This document shows, one piece after another, positions 36,303 to 44,448 of a stretch of 64,000 nt of DNA. The stretch is from Candidatus Nomurabacteria bacterium (lineage in GTDB: Bacteria > Patescibacteriota > Minisyncoccia > Phycocordibacterales > UBA9973). The stretch is taken from contig JAHFNS010000002.1 in assembly GCA_023267215.1 (NCBI GenBank), positions 128,892 through 192,891 on the forward strand, in the 5' to 3' direction. Under the pieces are notes generated by a model that was given only the letters and a program-made list of their open reading frames with translations, was not told the DNA's origin and did not search any database. The translations under genes were made by a program, and so were the position numbers. Numbering within the stretch: the stretch's first letter is position 1; every line of letters begins with the position of its first letter.

Positions 36303-37112
36303 TTAACCTCTTTGCCTGTTAATTTCAGAAACAACAATAGAGGTAGCCACGGCGACATTGAGCGAACTAGCTGAACCTTGTATTGGTATTTTGACCATAT
36401 CATCTGCCAAATCTTTATATCCAGCACTCAAACCCCATTTTTCATTTCCTGCTAAAAGAATAACGGGGGCTTTAAAATTATATTCATAGATAGAATATTT
36501 TCCATTCTCATCGGTACCAACAACTTTTAATTCTGGATATCTTATTTTCATTTCTTTTATCCAAGGCTCAAGTTCTTTTTGAGAAGGAAGCCGTACAATG
36601 GGCAGTGAGAATAAAGAGCCCGTCGTAGCACTTATTGTTTCTGGGTCATAAAGGTCCACAGCATGACCCGTAATGATTAGTCCATCAACCCCCAGAGCAT
36701 CACAAGATCGAACAATTGTCCCAAGATTGCCTGGACTTGAAGGTCTGTCAAAAACAACTATCAGTGGAATATTTTTAATTTTTATTTTATTTAAACCATC
36801 TTTAGGTATTTCCGATAGTGCAAGCAATTCAGAAGGTTCTTCTTTATTGCTTAACTTTTTTAAAAGTTCGATAGAAAGATCATAATGTGTTTCGGCCTTT
36901 GAATTCTTTAAAATATTTTTTGCCCAATCAGATAAACCTTTCTCTGATGAATAAAAGAAGGATTTGATTTCCCAATTATATTTAAGAGCATTATTTACAT
37001 TACGAACACCTTCAAAAATAAAACCTTCATGATTTCTCTTTTCTCTGTTTGTTTTCAATGCATTCAAAATCTGAAATTGTGCATTTTCTTTTCCGATTTT
37101 TACTACTTTCAT
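36303..37112 (-). CDS. SpoU/TrmH-family RNA 2'-O-methyltransferase
   Basis: PGNLGTIVRSCDALGVDGLII and SLNVAVA motifs of the SPOUT class. Confidence 0.75.
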   Translation of the reverse strand: MKVVKIGKENAQFQILNALKTNREKRNHEGFIFEGVRNVNNALKYNWEIKSFFYSSEKGLSDWAKNILKNSKAETHYDLSIELLKKLSNKEEPSELLALSEIPKDGLNKIKIKNIPLIVVFDRPSSPGNLGTIVRSCDALGVDGLIITGHAVDLYDPETISATTGSLFSLPIVRLPSQKELEPWIKEMKIRYPELKVVGTDENGKYSIYEYNFKAPVILLAGNEKWGLSAGYKDLADDMVKIPIQGSASSLNVAVATSIVVSEINRQRG

Positions 37113-37138
37113 AAAATTTAAATAAACATTACCTCAAG

Positions 37139-37223
37139 TGCGCGGGAGAGGATTCGAACCTCCATGCCCTTGCGGGCGCTACCACCTCAAGGTAGTACGT
37201 CTGACCAGTTTCGCCACCCGCGC
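37139..37223 (-). tRNA. tRNA-Leu (anticodon GAG), class II with long variable arm
   Basis: Hand fold: acceptor GCGCGGG/CCCGCGC, anticodon stem CTACC/GGTAG, loop TTGAGGT, variable-arm hairpin GCCC-GCAA-GGGC, T-arm GGAGG-TTCGAAT-CCTCT. No encoded CCA. Confidence 0.8.
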
Positions 37224-37224
37224 A

Positions 37225-37905
37225 TTATTTTGTCAAATATTTCCTTTGTTGTTTCTTTTCTATCTCTAAAGCTCTTTGTATTTTGAGCTTCTTTCTTGAT
37301 AAACAAACAACTTTCTGATTATAGTACATTTTCTTTATTACTTCCATCGCTTCTTTTTTGCCATATTTCAACTGAAAAGTACGTCCCCTGCCGTCTTTCC
37401 CAATATGACCAAAAACACCAACTCTACTTTCTAATTCTTCTCTTAGCCAATCAATATGTTTTTTACTCGCAGAAACAAATTCTAAATAAAACATATGACT
37501 TGAACGCCACCTTGGATCCCAATATGAATAAAAACATCCATCTCCGTCAAAACACCCCCTTAAAAAATCAAAAAAATATTTACTAGGAATTTTTAACTTT
37601 CCCATTGTCAATGACTTTTTAGGAGTTAAACCAATAGACAAAAGAAAATCATAAAATATTCTATTCTTAAATTGAATCCTCAAACATTCATCCCCTTTTA
37701 AATTCCATTTATTTCCTATCTTAAAGTTTACCCCTACACACTTGGAAAAATTTAGTAATTGCTCCCTGTCCTTCGAGGTTAAATCGACTAGCAGGCCATC
37801 ACTTGATAAACATCCATCTGTAGCAATTAAACCTATTGCATAGGCTAAATTCCCATTCCAGGTTTCATTTATAATTCTTTTTGGTTCTGGTCCTCTCTTC
37901 CCCAT
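37225..37905 (-). CDS. LAGLIDADG homing endonuclease (double-motif), free-standing, abutting tRNA-Leu
   Basis: Two dodecapeptide motifs: LAYAIGLIATDGCL and FLRGCFDGDGCF. The stop codon is 1 nt from the tRNA 5' end. Confidence 0.75.
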   Translation of the reverse strand: MGKRGPEPKRIINETWNGNLAYAIGLIATDGCLSSDGLLVDLTSKDREQLLNFSKCVGVNFKIGNKWNLKGDECLRIQFKNRIFYDFLLSIGLTPKKSLTMGKLKIPSKYFFDFLRGCFDGDGCFYSYWDPRWRSSHMFYLEFVSASKKHIDWLREELESRVGVFGHIGKDGRGRTFQLKYGKKEAMEVIKKMYYNQKVVCLSRKKLKIQRALEIEKKQQRKYLTK

Positions 37906-37954
37906 ATGAATATTATATCACCTCAAGTACATAGCGTCTACTAATTATTACCAA

Positions 37955-37986
37955 CATAAAAATCCACCGAGAGAGTGGATTTTTAT
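37955..37986. terminator. Bidirectional terminator hairpin (rplS side)
   Basis: ATCCAC-CGAGAGA-GTGGAT flanked by an A-run and a T-run. Confidence 0.55.
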
Positions 37987-38007
37987 GTTTTGCTTTTTAT
38001 AATTTTT

Positions 38008-38409
38008 TTATTTTTCTGTTTTTTCCACTTCTACCTCCTCGTCAGCAACTGAGACAACAGAACGTAATTTTCGGCGGACATCTTTTACTGCTTTAACTCG
38101 TACATAATATAGTTTTGATTTACGAGCTCGAGATTTCTTAGTTATTTCAATTTTATCAACAGCTGGAGAATAAAGTGGAAAGATTCTTTCTACGCCTACA
38201 CCTGAAGCTATTCTGCGAACGGTGAAAGTCGCACCGATTTCTGTACCATGTTTGCGAGCAAGAACGATACCTTCAAAAGCCTGCAGACGTGTCTTCCCTT
38301 TTTCATCTAAGACTTTGGACCAAACACGAATAGTATCTCCTGAATTGAAATCAAGCTTCCCTCTGTCTTCAACATTTACTGAAGTAAGTTTTGTTTTATC
38401 TATTTTCAT
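38008..38409 (-). CDS. rplS: 50S ribosomal protein L19 with C-terminal extension
   Basis: SGDTIRV...RLQAFEGIV...GVERIFPLYSP core. The ORF track extends to a TTG at 38448, but the MKIDKTK Met at 38409 fits the L19 N-terminus. Confidence 0.85.
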   Translation of the reverse strand: MKIDKTKLTSVNVEDRGKLDFNSGDTIRVWSKVLDEKGKTRLQAFEGIVLARKHGTEIGATFTVRRIASGVGVERIFPLYSPAVDKIEITKKSRARKSKLYYVRVKAVKDVRRKLRSVVSVADEEVEVEKTEK

Positions 38410-38452
38410 AACAGTTTTTAATCTAACATAAACCAATTCTAAAGGCAAATTA

Positions 38453-38496
38453 ACTCACCTCACCCCTAAGCCCCTCTCCTTGTAAAGTAGAGGGGT
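38453..38496. repeat. Palindromic repeat element copy B (intergenic)
   Basis: ACTCACCTCACCCCTAAGCCCCTCTCCTTGTAAAGTAGAGGGGT. Confidence 0.65.
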
Positions 38497-38504
38497 ATTA
38501 AAGA

Positions 38505-40208
38505 CTAGGCAAATTCCTGTTGATAGCATTTCACACAATAAACTATCTCTGGTCCATCTGGGGCATAAGGTGTATAAATGTTTATATTACATTTTGCACA
38601 GGTTCTATGATACATTTTAGGTTTTGTCATTCTCTCAAATCTTTCATTTTCTCTGCATTTAGGACATTCATGTGGGACTGGTAAATTCATCTTACGAAGT
38701 AAATCTAATTCTCCTTTTACTATTTTGTATCCATTTTTACATTTTTCACATTCAATTATCTCATCCAAAACTTTTTCATCTATATCTTTTATTGTATCTG
38801 GCAAAGAATCTGTTTTCTTTGTAGTTTTATAAATTGTGCCTTCTCTGTCTTCCCAAAAATAACCCTCTTCTAAAACTTCTCCCTTTGTTTTTGGAAAAAA
38901 TTTAATTGCATTTGATTTATTGTATGGGAACTTACTAAATTCCGGTGGAAAAAATTCTCCATAGTAAAATTTCCGTCCAAGCTTGTCTATGTATGGATTC
39001 TTTTTCATATCTTCAATAATTTTATCTCTGAGTTTTTCATATTCCTCTTTTGTATACTCTTTATTTAAAATACAGTATTTTTTTCTTTTTAAATTTACAC
39101 AACCAAAATTATTTTTACCAGTGATATTCCATGAACAGTATTGCAAATCCAAACTCTCTGACCAACAATAATTGGAGAATAATATTAGATTGGTGCCCTC
39201 TCCTACTCCCGTACTTTCATAAATTTGGCTTACATTGTTTCCCCAACCAGAATAATCCCAGCAATCTTTAGCTGACGGGACAGTAATAAATTGAGTCCAT
39301 TTACAATCTTCGGCACCACCAACCATATAAACTTCCTTTGAATTTTTAGAACTGTAAACATCTTCACCTGTCACATTTAAATTTTTTGAGTTTCCATTAT
39401 ACTCTCTATATGGCAAGGTATTCCAAAACTCATGTACTTTCTCTTTAAGAGACTGTAACGACATCCAAGAATCAAGTTTCAACTCTTTGACTTTTTCTTG
39501 ATATTCTTCTTTTGTGTACTTAATATTAAAAATATAATAAGAAGCACCTCGCAGATTTACACATCCAATACAATTAGTGCAACTTGAACAATTGCGAGAA
39601 AACCATACATTCACACAATCACGACATTCATATGAGAAAAAAGTTTGATAACTTTTATTAACCCCAACACATTCATAACATAATTCTGAATAAAACCCTC
39701 GTAAACAATCTAAACTCGATTTTAGATTATTTAATAATGAGGAATAGTAGACATTCTCACAATAATCTGCCCAAAAAGTTAAATAGCAATCTTTAGACCA
39801 CCCTATACCATTAGAATATTCGGAATTCTTTATAGTTAAATGATCTGCTTCAAGAAGAGCAAAAGGAGTTTTATCAAAAAGTTTTTTTAATTGTTCTAAA
39901 AAGGGTTTGCTTGGATCATAATCCATTGCGTATTCTGTCCCATCCCAACTATCTCCCCACCAACAAGTCGGGCAATAACCTATCACTTCTTTATCTGGTG
40001 GATAAACAGAAACAGATCTAGCTCCACATTTATCACAATTGCGCCAATATAGATTCCAAGTATTCTGAAAAGAGATACGTCTAATAAATCGACATTCCGG
40101 ACACCAAGTCGGAGGAGGCACCTTCATTTTTTCATAAAAATTAAAATCCTCCGGCTCAATTGTGAAGTCTTGCTTACAGTTCTGGCAATTTCTAACTTCA
40201 GTTTGCAT
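38505..40208 (-). CDS. Cysteine-rich protein with multiple CxxC zinc-ribbon-like motifs and an internal duplicated module
   Basis: 567 aa. There are 4 CxxC pairs at each terminus and two internal repeats ending ..C.NL(R/K)...Y.I.N..YTKEEY(Q/E)K. Function unknown. Confidence 0.5.
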   Translation of the reverse strand: MQTEVRNCQNCKQDFTIEPEDFNFYEKMKVPPPTWCPECRFIRRISFQNTWNLYWRNCDKCGARSVSVYPPDKEVIGYCPTCWWGDSWDGTEYAMDYDPSKPFLEQLKKLFDKTPFALLEADHLTIKNSEYSNGIGWSKDCYLTFWADYCENVYYSSLLNNLKSSLDCLRGFYSELCYECVGVNKSYQTFFSYECRDCVNVWFSRNCSSCTNCIGCVNLRGASYYIFNIKYTKEEYQEKVKELKLDSWMSLQSLKEKVHEFWNTLPYREYNGNSKNLNVTGEDVYSSKNSKEVYMVGGAEDCKWTQFITVPSAKDCWDYSGWGNNVSQIYESTGVGEGTNLILFSNYCWSESLDLQYCSWNITGKNNFGCVNLKRKKYCILNKEYTKEEYEKLRDKIIEDMKKNPYIDKLGRKFYYGEFFPPEFSKFPYNKSNAIKFFPKTKGEVLEEGYFWEDREGTIYKTTKKTDSLPDTIKDIDEKVLDEIIECEKCKNGYKIVKGELDLLRKMNLPVPHECPKCRENERFERMTKPKMYHRTCAKCNINIYTPYAPDGPEIVYCVKCYQQEFA

Positions 40209-40212
40209 AGTA

Positions 40213-40965
40213 TTATTTTAACACCTCTATAAACTCTTTGGGTAGTGGTGATTCAACTTTTATTATTTTTCCTTTCAAATCTTTAAAGACAATAGATTTA
40301 GCATGTAGGGCCAATCTATCTATACCTTTAGGAGAGGGGTGCCCTCCATTATAAAGTGAATCACAAACTACTGGATGATTTATAAATTTCATATGCACTC
40401 GAATCTGATGTGTACGACCCGTTTTCGGACGCACTTCTAAATAAGTAAATTTAGCCCCCTCTCCTTTAGAAGGAGAGGACGGGGGTGAGGTAAATCTTTT
40501 CAAAACAGTATATTCAGTGATAGCTTCTCGAAGTTCCCCTCTCGCCCCACGTCCTGCTAACCTTTTACGAAAATCATTTCCACTTCGTCCAATTGGTTTT
40601 CTTATAGTTCCTCTATCATTTTTCATAGAACCTAAAACAATTGCATTATAAACTTTTTTTATTTCTCTTCCTTTAAATTGTTCTTTCAAAAATTCATAAG
40701 CTTTTTGATTCTTTGCTAAAAGTAAAACACCAGAAGTATCTTTATCTAGGCGATGTACTATACCTGGACGAGGAAGAAGCTCAAAAAATTTATCGTCATT
40801 TTTTATCTTAATTGGTTCTCCAACATTTTTTGTTTTAGGATAATTTTTTAAAAACCAATCAGAAATTGTTTTTTCTTTACTTCTACCATCTGGATGCACC
40901 GAAACACCAGAGGGTTTATCTATGGCTAAAATATTCGAATCTTCATAAAGTATTTTAATTTTCAT
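40213..40965 (-). CDS. RluA-family pseudouridine synthase carrying an in-frame repeat insertion
   Basis: NILAIDKPSGVSVHP and HRLDKDTSGVLLLAKN catalytic motifs; TGRTHQIRVH. A 14-aa TSPPSSPSKGEGAK segment is encoded by repeat copy D. Confidence 0.8.
   Translation of the reverse strand: MKIKILYEDSNILAIDKPSGVSVHPDGRSKEKTISDWFLKNYPKTKNVGEPIKIKNDDKFFELLPRPGIVHRLDKDTSGVLLLAKNQKAYEFLKEQFKGREIKKVYNAIVLGSMKNDRGTIRKPIGRSGNDFRKRLAGRGARGELREAITEYTVLKRFTSPPSSPSKGEGAKFTYLEVRPKTGRTHQIRVHMKFINHPVVCDSLYNGGHPSPKGIDRLALHAKSIVFKDLKGKIIKVESPLPKEFIEVLK
40453..40494. repeat. Palindromic repeat element copy D (reverse orientation, in frame inside the RluA-family gene)
   Basis: GCCCCCTCTCCTTTAGAAGGAGAGGACGGGGGTGAGGTAAAT is the reverse complement of the family consensus. 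Confidence 0.65.
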
Positions 40966-41705
40966 ATAATTAATTCTTTAAGTCTTTCCATCCAACCTAA
41001 AATCGTAAGAAATAATTTGGTATCATTAACTGACACATCTAATGTACCATATGGTAAAGTATTTCTCTTGTTTTTACTAGCGTTGCTTCTTTTTATATAT
41101 GTTTTATAAAATTGATTTATTGGAATCTGTGATACTTCAGACCAATATTTTTCAGAATTTTTCACATTGGTTTGAGAAAATGTATGTATATGACCACGAA
41201 ATTTTTCTTCTGGGACCAAACATATTTCTCTAAAAAATTTCATTATAATTTTAATTATATCTGGGTCGCTGTTTGTAAGACGTGCAATTCCTCTTTTTGT
41301 TTTTCCTCCTTCACCTAAATATAGAGCAATCCCTATCATTTTTAAGTCATTTTGAGAGATATTACTAATTTCTTTTTTAGCACCATTAATAATGAGATCA
41401 CTTCTCTTTTTTGTATTTGCAATTCGACTTACTCTTCTTTTTTCAATAGAGTTTACACTACGTCCATTCTGAGATAACAAACTTTTTTGTTTTTCATTTA
41501 GAACAACATCTCGTACCCATAAACTTACACTTGCTTTTGATACATTAAGAACATTTTTTATTTCATTTATAGATTTTCCTTGTCTACGTAAAATTATAGC
41601 TCTCCTTTTTTCATTAACTTTCATATATAGAGTATACCGTATGTATAGTATTATATCAAGGTTTAATAAAGAAACTATTGAAATAAACCCGAAAATACTA
41701 TACAC
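40962..41705 (-). CDS. Putative HTH plus LAGLIDADG-like endonuclease
   Basis: N-terminal HTH (RRQGKSINEIKNVLNVSKASVSLWVRDV); central MIGIALYLGEGG...DPDIIKIIMKFF resembles a single LAGLIDADG motif. Flanked by tRNA-Val and tRNA-Arg. Confidence 0.45.
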   Translation of the reverse strand: MYSIFGFISIVSLLNLDIILYIRYTLYMKVNEKRRAIILRRQGKSINEIKNVLNVSKASVSLWVRDVVLNEKQKSLLSQNGRSVNSIEKRRVSRIANTKKRSDLIINGAKKEISNISQNDLKMIGIALYLGEGGKTKRGIARLTNSDPDIIKIIMKFFREICLVPEEKFRGHIHTFSQTNVKNSEKYWSEVSQIPINQFYKTYIKRSNASKNKRNTLPYGTLDVSVNDTKLFLTILGWMERLKELII

Positions 41706-41722
41706 TTCCCTTGTGTGTATCT

Positions 41723-41798
41723 GCGCGCTTAGCTCAGTTGGTAGAGCAACTCATTTACACTGAGAAGGTCGGGGGTTCGAGTCCCTCAGCGCGCACCA
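41723..41798 (+). tRNA. tRNA-Val (anticodon TAC), CCA encoded
   Basis: Acceptor GCGCGCT/AGCGCGC, D-arm GCTC-AGTTGGTA-GAGC, anticodon loop TTTACAC, T-arm GGGGG-TTCGAGT-CCCTC, then ACCA. Confidence 0.8.
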
Positions 41799-41799
41799 G

Positions 41800-41871
41800 G
41801 CCTTCGTAGTTCAATGGATAGAACGAAAGGTTTCTAACCTTTTAATGTAGGTCCGATTCCTACCGAAGGCA
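41800..41871 (+). tRNA. tRNA-Arg (anticodon TCT)
   Basis: Acceptor GCCTTCG/CGAAGGC, anticodon stem AAAGG/CCTTT, loop TTTCTAA, T-arm GTAGG-TCCGATT-CCTAC. Starts 1 nt after tRNA-Val. Confidence 0.75.
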
Positions 41872-41875
41872 CATT

Positions 41876-42547
41876 TTATTTAAATCTCTCAAGAGCGATT
41901 GCAATAGCTCCTGCATATTTGAAAGATTCCTCACGGGTCATTTCAGGAATATCTTTACTTGTATCTAAAATATTTGTCCAAACATTAGCTAATTCTACTT
42001 TTGTTTTCAAACCTAAAGAAAAATATTCAGCTAATTTTTCCAAATTATCATTATCACCACATAAAATTATTTTTTTAATTGGAGGTTTTATTTTTGTCTC
42101 TATATCTTTATATGTATGCCAATATATAAAATGTTTCATTAATGCATCACGCAAATCTGGAATTTCTACTCCTCTTATATTTAAAATAATTGAAGACATT
42201 ACAATATTATTAGAAACAATAAAAACTCCAACACTTTTATTTCCTAAATCTACAATCATATATGTCTCTTTATCCCCTCTTTTTATTAAAACATTCGCAA
42301 TAGTCTCTGCTTTATGTTCTATCGACGAAAAAGTATAAACAGACTCCACTTTAAATTCTTTTTTAAAAGAATTTAAAGTTTCTTTCATCTTTTCTTTATC
42401 TCCTTCCAAAATCCCTTCTTCAATTTTTTTTTCTCCATAACGATTCACCTTAAAACTATTTCCTATTTTAATAAGTTCTATAAATTTAATAGATTCATCT
42501 CCAATATCTGCTCCATGAGAAATTGATTTAAATAAATTTTTAAACAT
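41876..42547 (-). CDS. PilM-like (actin-fold) type IV pilus assembly protein, short form
   Basis: N-terminal ADIGDESIKFIEL and C-terminal YAGAIAIALERF resemble the PilM termini. It is shorter than canonical PilM. Confidence 0.4.
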   Translation of the reverse strand: MFKNLFKSISHGADIGDESIKFIELIKIGNSFKVNRYGEKKIEEGILEGDKEKMKETLNSFKKEFKVESVYTFSSIEHKAETIANVLIKRGDKETYMIVDLGNKSVGVFIVSNNIVMSSIILNIRGVEIPDLRDALMKHFIYWHTYKDIETKIKPPIKKIILCGDNDNLEKLAEYFSLGLKTKVELANVWTNILDTSKDIPEMTREESFKYAGAIAIALERFK

Positions 42548-42562
42548 TGAAATATTATAACA

Positions 42563-42895
42563 CTATCTTGCTCTTGTCCCGACAGTAACATCATTATTTG
42601 GTTCTAAAAGAGAAAATTTTCCATCTTCAGTTGAAACAGCTAATATCATTCCCTGACTCTCTATTCCACGAATTGTTTTCGGCTCTAAATTGGCAATAAA
42701 CATACATTTTTTGCCAACTAATACAGTATAATCCGGAAAATATAAGGAGATACCTGAAACTATTTGTCTCGAAGTCTCTTCTCCTAGGTCAACAGACAAT
42801 TTTAGTAATTTGTCAGTATCCGGAACTTTCTCTGCCGATAAAATTTTCCCAACGACAATATCTATTTTTTTAAAATCTTCTAATGTAATTATCAT
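42563..42895 (-). CDS. tRNA-binding domain protein (CsaA/Trbp111/EMAP-like)
   Basis: 110 aa; an IVVGKILSAEKVPDTDKLLKLSVDLGEE..RQIVSGI OB-fold signature. Confidence 0.7.
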   Translation of the reverse strand: MIITLEDFKKIDIVVGKILSAEKVPDTDKLLKLSVDLGEETSRQIVSGISLYFPDYTVLVGKKCMFIANLEPKTIRGIESQGMILAVSTEDGKFSLLEPNNDVTVGTRAR

Positions 42896-43329
42896 TTGTT
42901 TATTTTATCTAAATATCTTTGTAATATCAAAGCAGCCGCAGAAGCATCTATCCTTCCACTTTTGATTTGTTTCACCTTACTATGCACCTGAGACTGATTT
43001 AAACTTTTTTTAGTGTCAGTTCCCTTGCGAGCTTCAACAGATGTTAAAAATTCTTTTTCTTTATGAACTGGTAAATTAAATTTTTCTTTAAGTTCTGAAA
43101 TAAAGACCTCAATCCTTGCAGACAATGTATTTAATTTTCCAGAAAAATCTACTGATTCTCCTATCACTATTTGGGTAACATTTTCTGTTTTTATTATTTC
43201 TTTAAGCCTATCAAAAGTATCCACATTATTAAGTATGATTTCCTTTGGGAAAGCTAAAACACCATCTTCGTCTGAAATAGCTACACCTATCCTCTTTGTC
43301 CCGTAATCTATACCCAAAAATCTTTTCAT
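42892..43329 (-). CDS. ruvX: Holliday-junction resolvase-like protein YqgF/RuvX
   Basis: LGIDYGTKRIGVAISD N-terminal motif. Confidence 0.8.
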   Translation of the reverse strand: MKRFLGIDYGTKRIGVAISDEDGVLAFPKEIILNNVDTFDRLKEIIKTENVTQIVIGESVDFSGKLNTLSARIEVFISELKEKFNLPVHKEKEFLTSVEARKGTDTKKSLNQSQVHSKVKQIKSGRIDASAAALILQRYLDKINK

Positions 43330-43375
43330 ATTTAAGATATTAGCACAAAAATTTTACTTCTGGTATAATATAAAA

Positions 43376-43645
43376 ATGATGGATCAATTTTATACACAAT
43401 CGTTTTTTCCTATTAATAATAACTGGGCAATTCTTGGTTTTATAGTATTAGGTCTTTGGATCTTGTTTTGGAAAGGTTGTTCGTTGTGGATAGCTACTAA
43501 AAATGACAAGAAGTTGTGGTTTGCGATACTTCTTATTTTTAATACTATTGGTATTTTAGAAATTATCTTCATTTTCTTTGTTGCAAAAAAGAAATGGAGT
43601 GACATAAAAGAAATATTTTCTAAAACAAAACAAACTGAATTATAA
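43376..43645 (+). CDS. Small membrane protein (2 TM), hypothetical
   Basis: 89-aa ORF with two hydrophobic helices, followed by a strong terminator. Confidence 0.4.
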   Translation: MMDQFYTQSFFPINNNWAILGFIVLGLWILFWKGCSLWIATKNDKKLWFAILLIFNTIGILEIIFIFFVAKKKWSDIKEIFSKTKQTEL

Positions 43646-43670
43646 TTTTTAATTAAAAAACATTATTTAA

Positions 43671-43708
43671 AATACCCAGCTACTAGCGAGTAGCTGGGTA
43701 TTTTATTT
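43671..43708 (+). terminator. Rho-independent terminator (14-bp stem)
   Basis: AATACCCAGCTACT-AGCG-AGTAGCTGGGTATT followed by TTATTTTA. Confidence 0.6.
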
Positions 43709-43727
43709 TAAAGATTTAAATATTTAT

Positions 43728-44252
43728 TTGTGGTATACTAGATTAGTGGAACAGTATGAAAGAAATCCAAATACTTTTTGCATTATCTGTAAAAAAGCAA
43801 TTTACAGAAAACCAAGCCAAATAAAAAGAAATAAAAGTGGAGTTTTTTGTAGTATGGATTGCTATGGCATTAGTCAAAGAAAAGAAAAACCATGTATAGT
43901 TTGTGGAAAAATGATCATGTCAAAATTTAACAAAAAGACTTGTAGCAGAAGTTGTGCAAATATACATAGAGCTGGAATAAAATATAAGATTGGAAGTCCA
44001 CGAAGTAAAGTAAAATCTCAACAAGCTGTAAAGATAAAGCTGCTTAAAGAAAGAGGAAAAAAATGTGAAAAATGTGATTATAATAAATATGAGATATTAC
44101 AAGTTCATCATAAAGATAGAAATAAAAATCATAATGATTTAGAAAATCTTGAATTAATTTGTCCAAACTGTCATTATGAAGAACATTTCTTAAAAAAGAG
44201 TTGGTTGAGAAATAAGATTGAAAAAGAAGAAAAAAAGGATATACTAGATTAA
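43728..44252 (+). CDS. HNH endonuclease with N-terminal Cys-rich zinc-ribbon region
   Basis: CEKCDYNKYEILQVHHKDRNKNHNDLENLELICPNCH is an HNH motif; several CxxC pairs lie upstream. It ends 14 nt before tRNA-Ser. Confidence 0.65.
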   Translation: MWYTRLVEQYERNPNTFCIICKKAIYRKPSQIKRNKSGVFCSMDCYGISQRKEKPCIVCGKMIMSKFNKKTCSRSCANIHRAGIKYKIGSPRSKVKSQQAVKIKLLKERGKKCEKCDYNKYEILQVHHKDRNKNHNDLENLELICPNCHYEEHFLKKSWLRNKIEKEEKKDILD

Positions 44253-44266
44253 CTAACAAAAAACAA

Positions 44267-44349
44267 GGAGGGTTGCGCCGAATGGTAAGGCACTTGTCTT
44301 GAAAACAAGCGGGCGAAAGCCCTTAGAGGTTCGAGTCCTCTACCCTCCG
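44267..44349 (+). tRNA. tRNA-Ser (anticodon TGA), class II
   Basis: Acceptor GGAGGGT/ACCCTCC, anticodon stem CTTGT/ACAAG, loop CTTGAAA, variable-arm hairpin GGGC-GAAA-GCCC, T-arm AGAGG-TTCGAGT-CCTCT. Confidence 0.75.
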
Positions 44350-44374
44350 CAGGAAAAACTTGTTATCGGCAGAC

Positions 44375-44394
44375 CCACAGTCATATGACTGTGG
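44375..44394. promoter_or_regulatory. 20-nt perfect palindrome upstream of the 44449 gene
   Basis: CCACAGTCATATGACTGTGG, about 55 nt upstream of the start codon; candidate operator. Confidence 0.35.
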
Positions 44395-44448
44395 TGCGAC
44401 CCGACGGCATGATTACCTAAAAGAGTAATTTTAAGCTAAAATAAGAAT

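Noticed and set aside
40962-41705. GEGGKTKRG in the 247-aa ORF as a Walker A P-loop
   Set aside because: The spacing is GxxGKT rather than GxxxxGK[ST], and the context fits a LAGLIDADG-like motif better.
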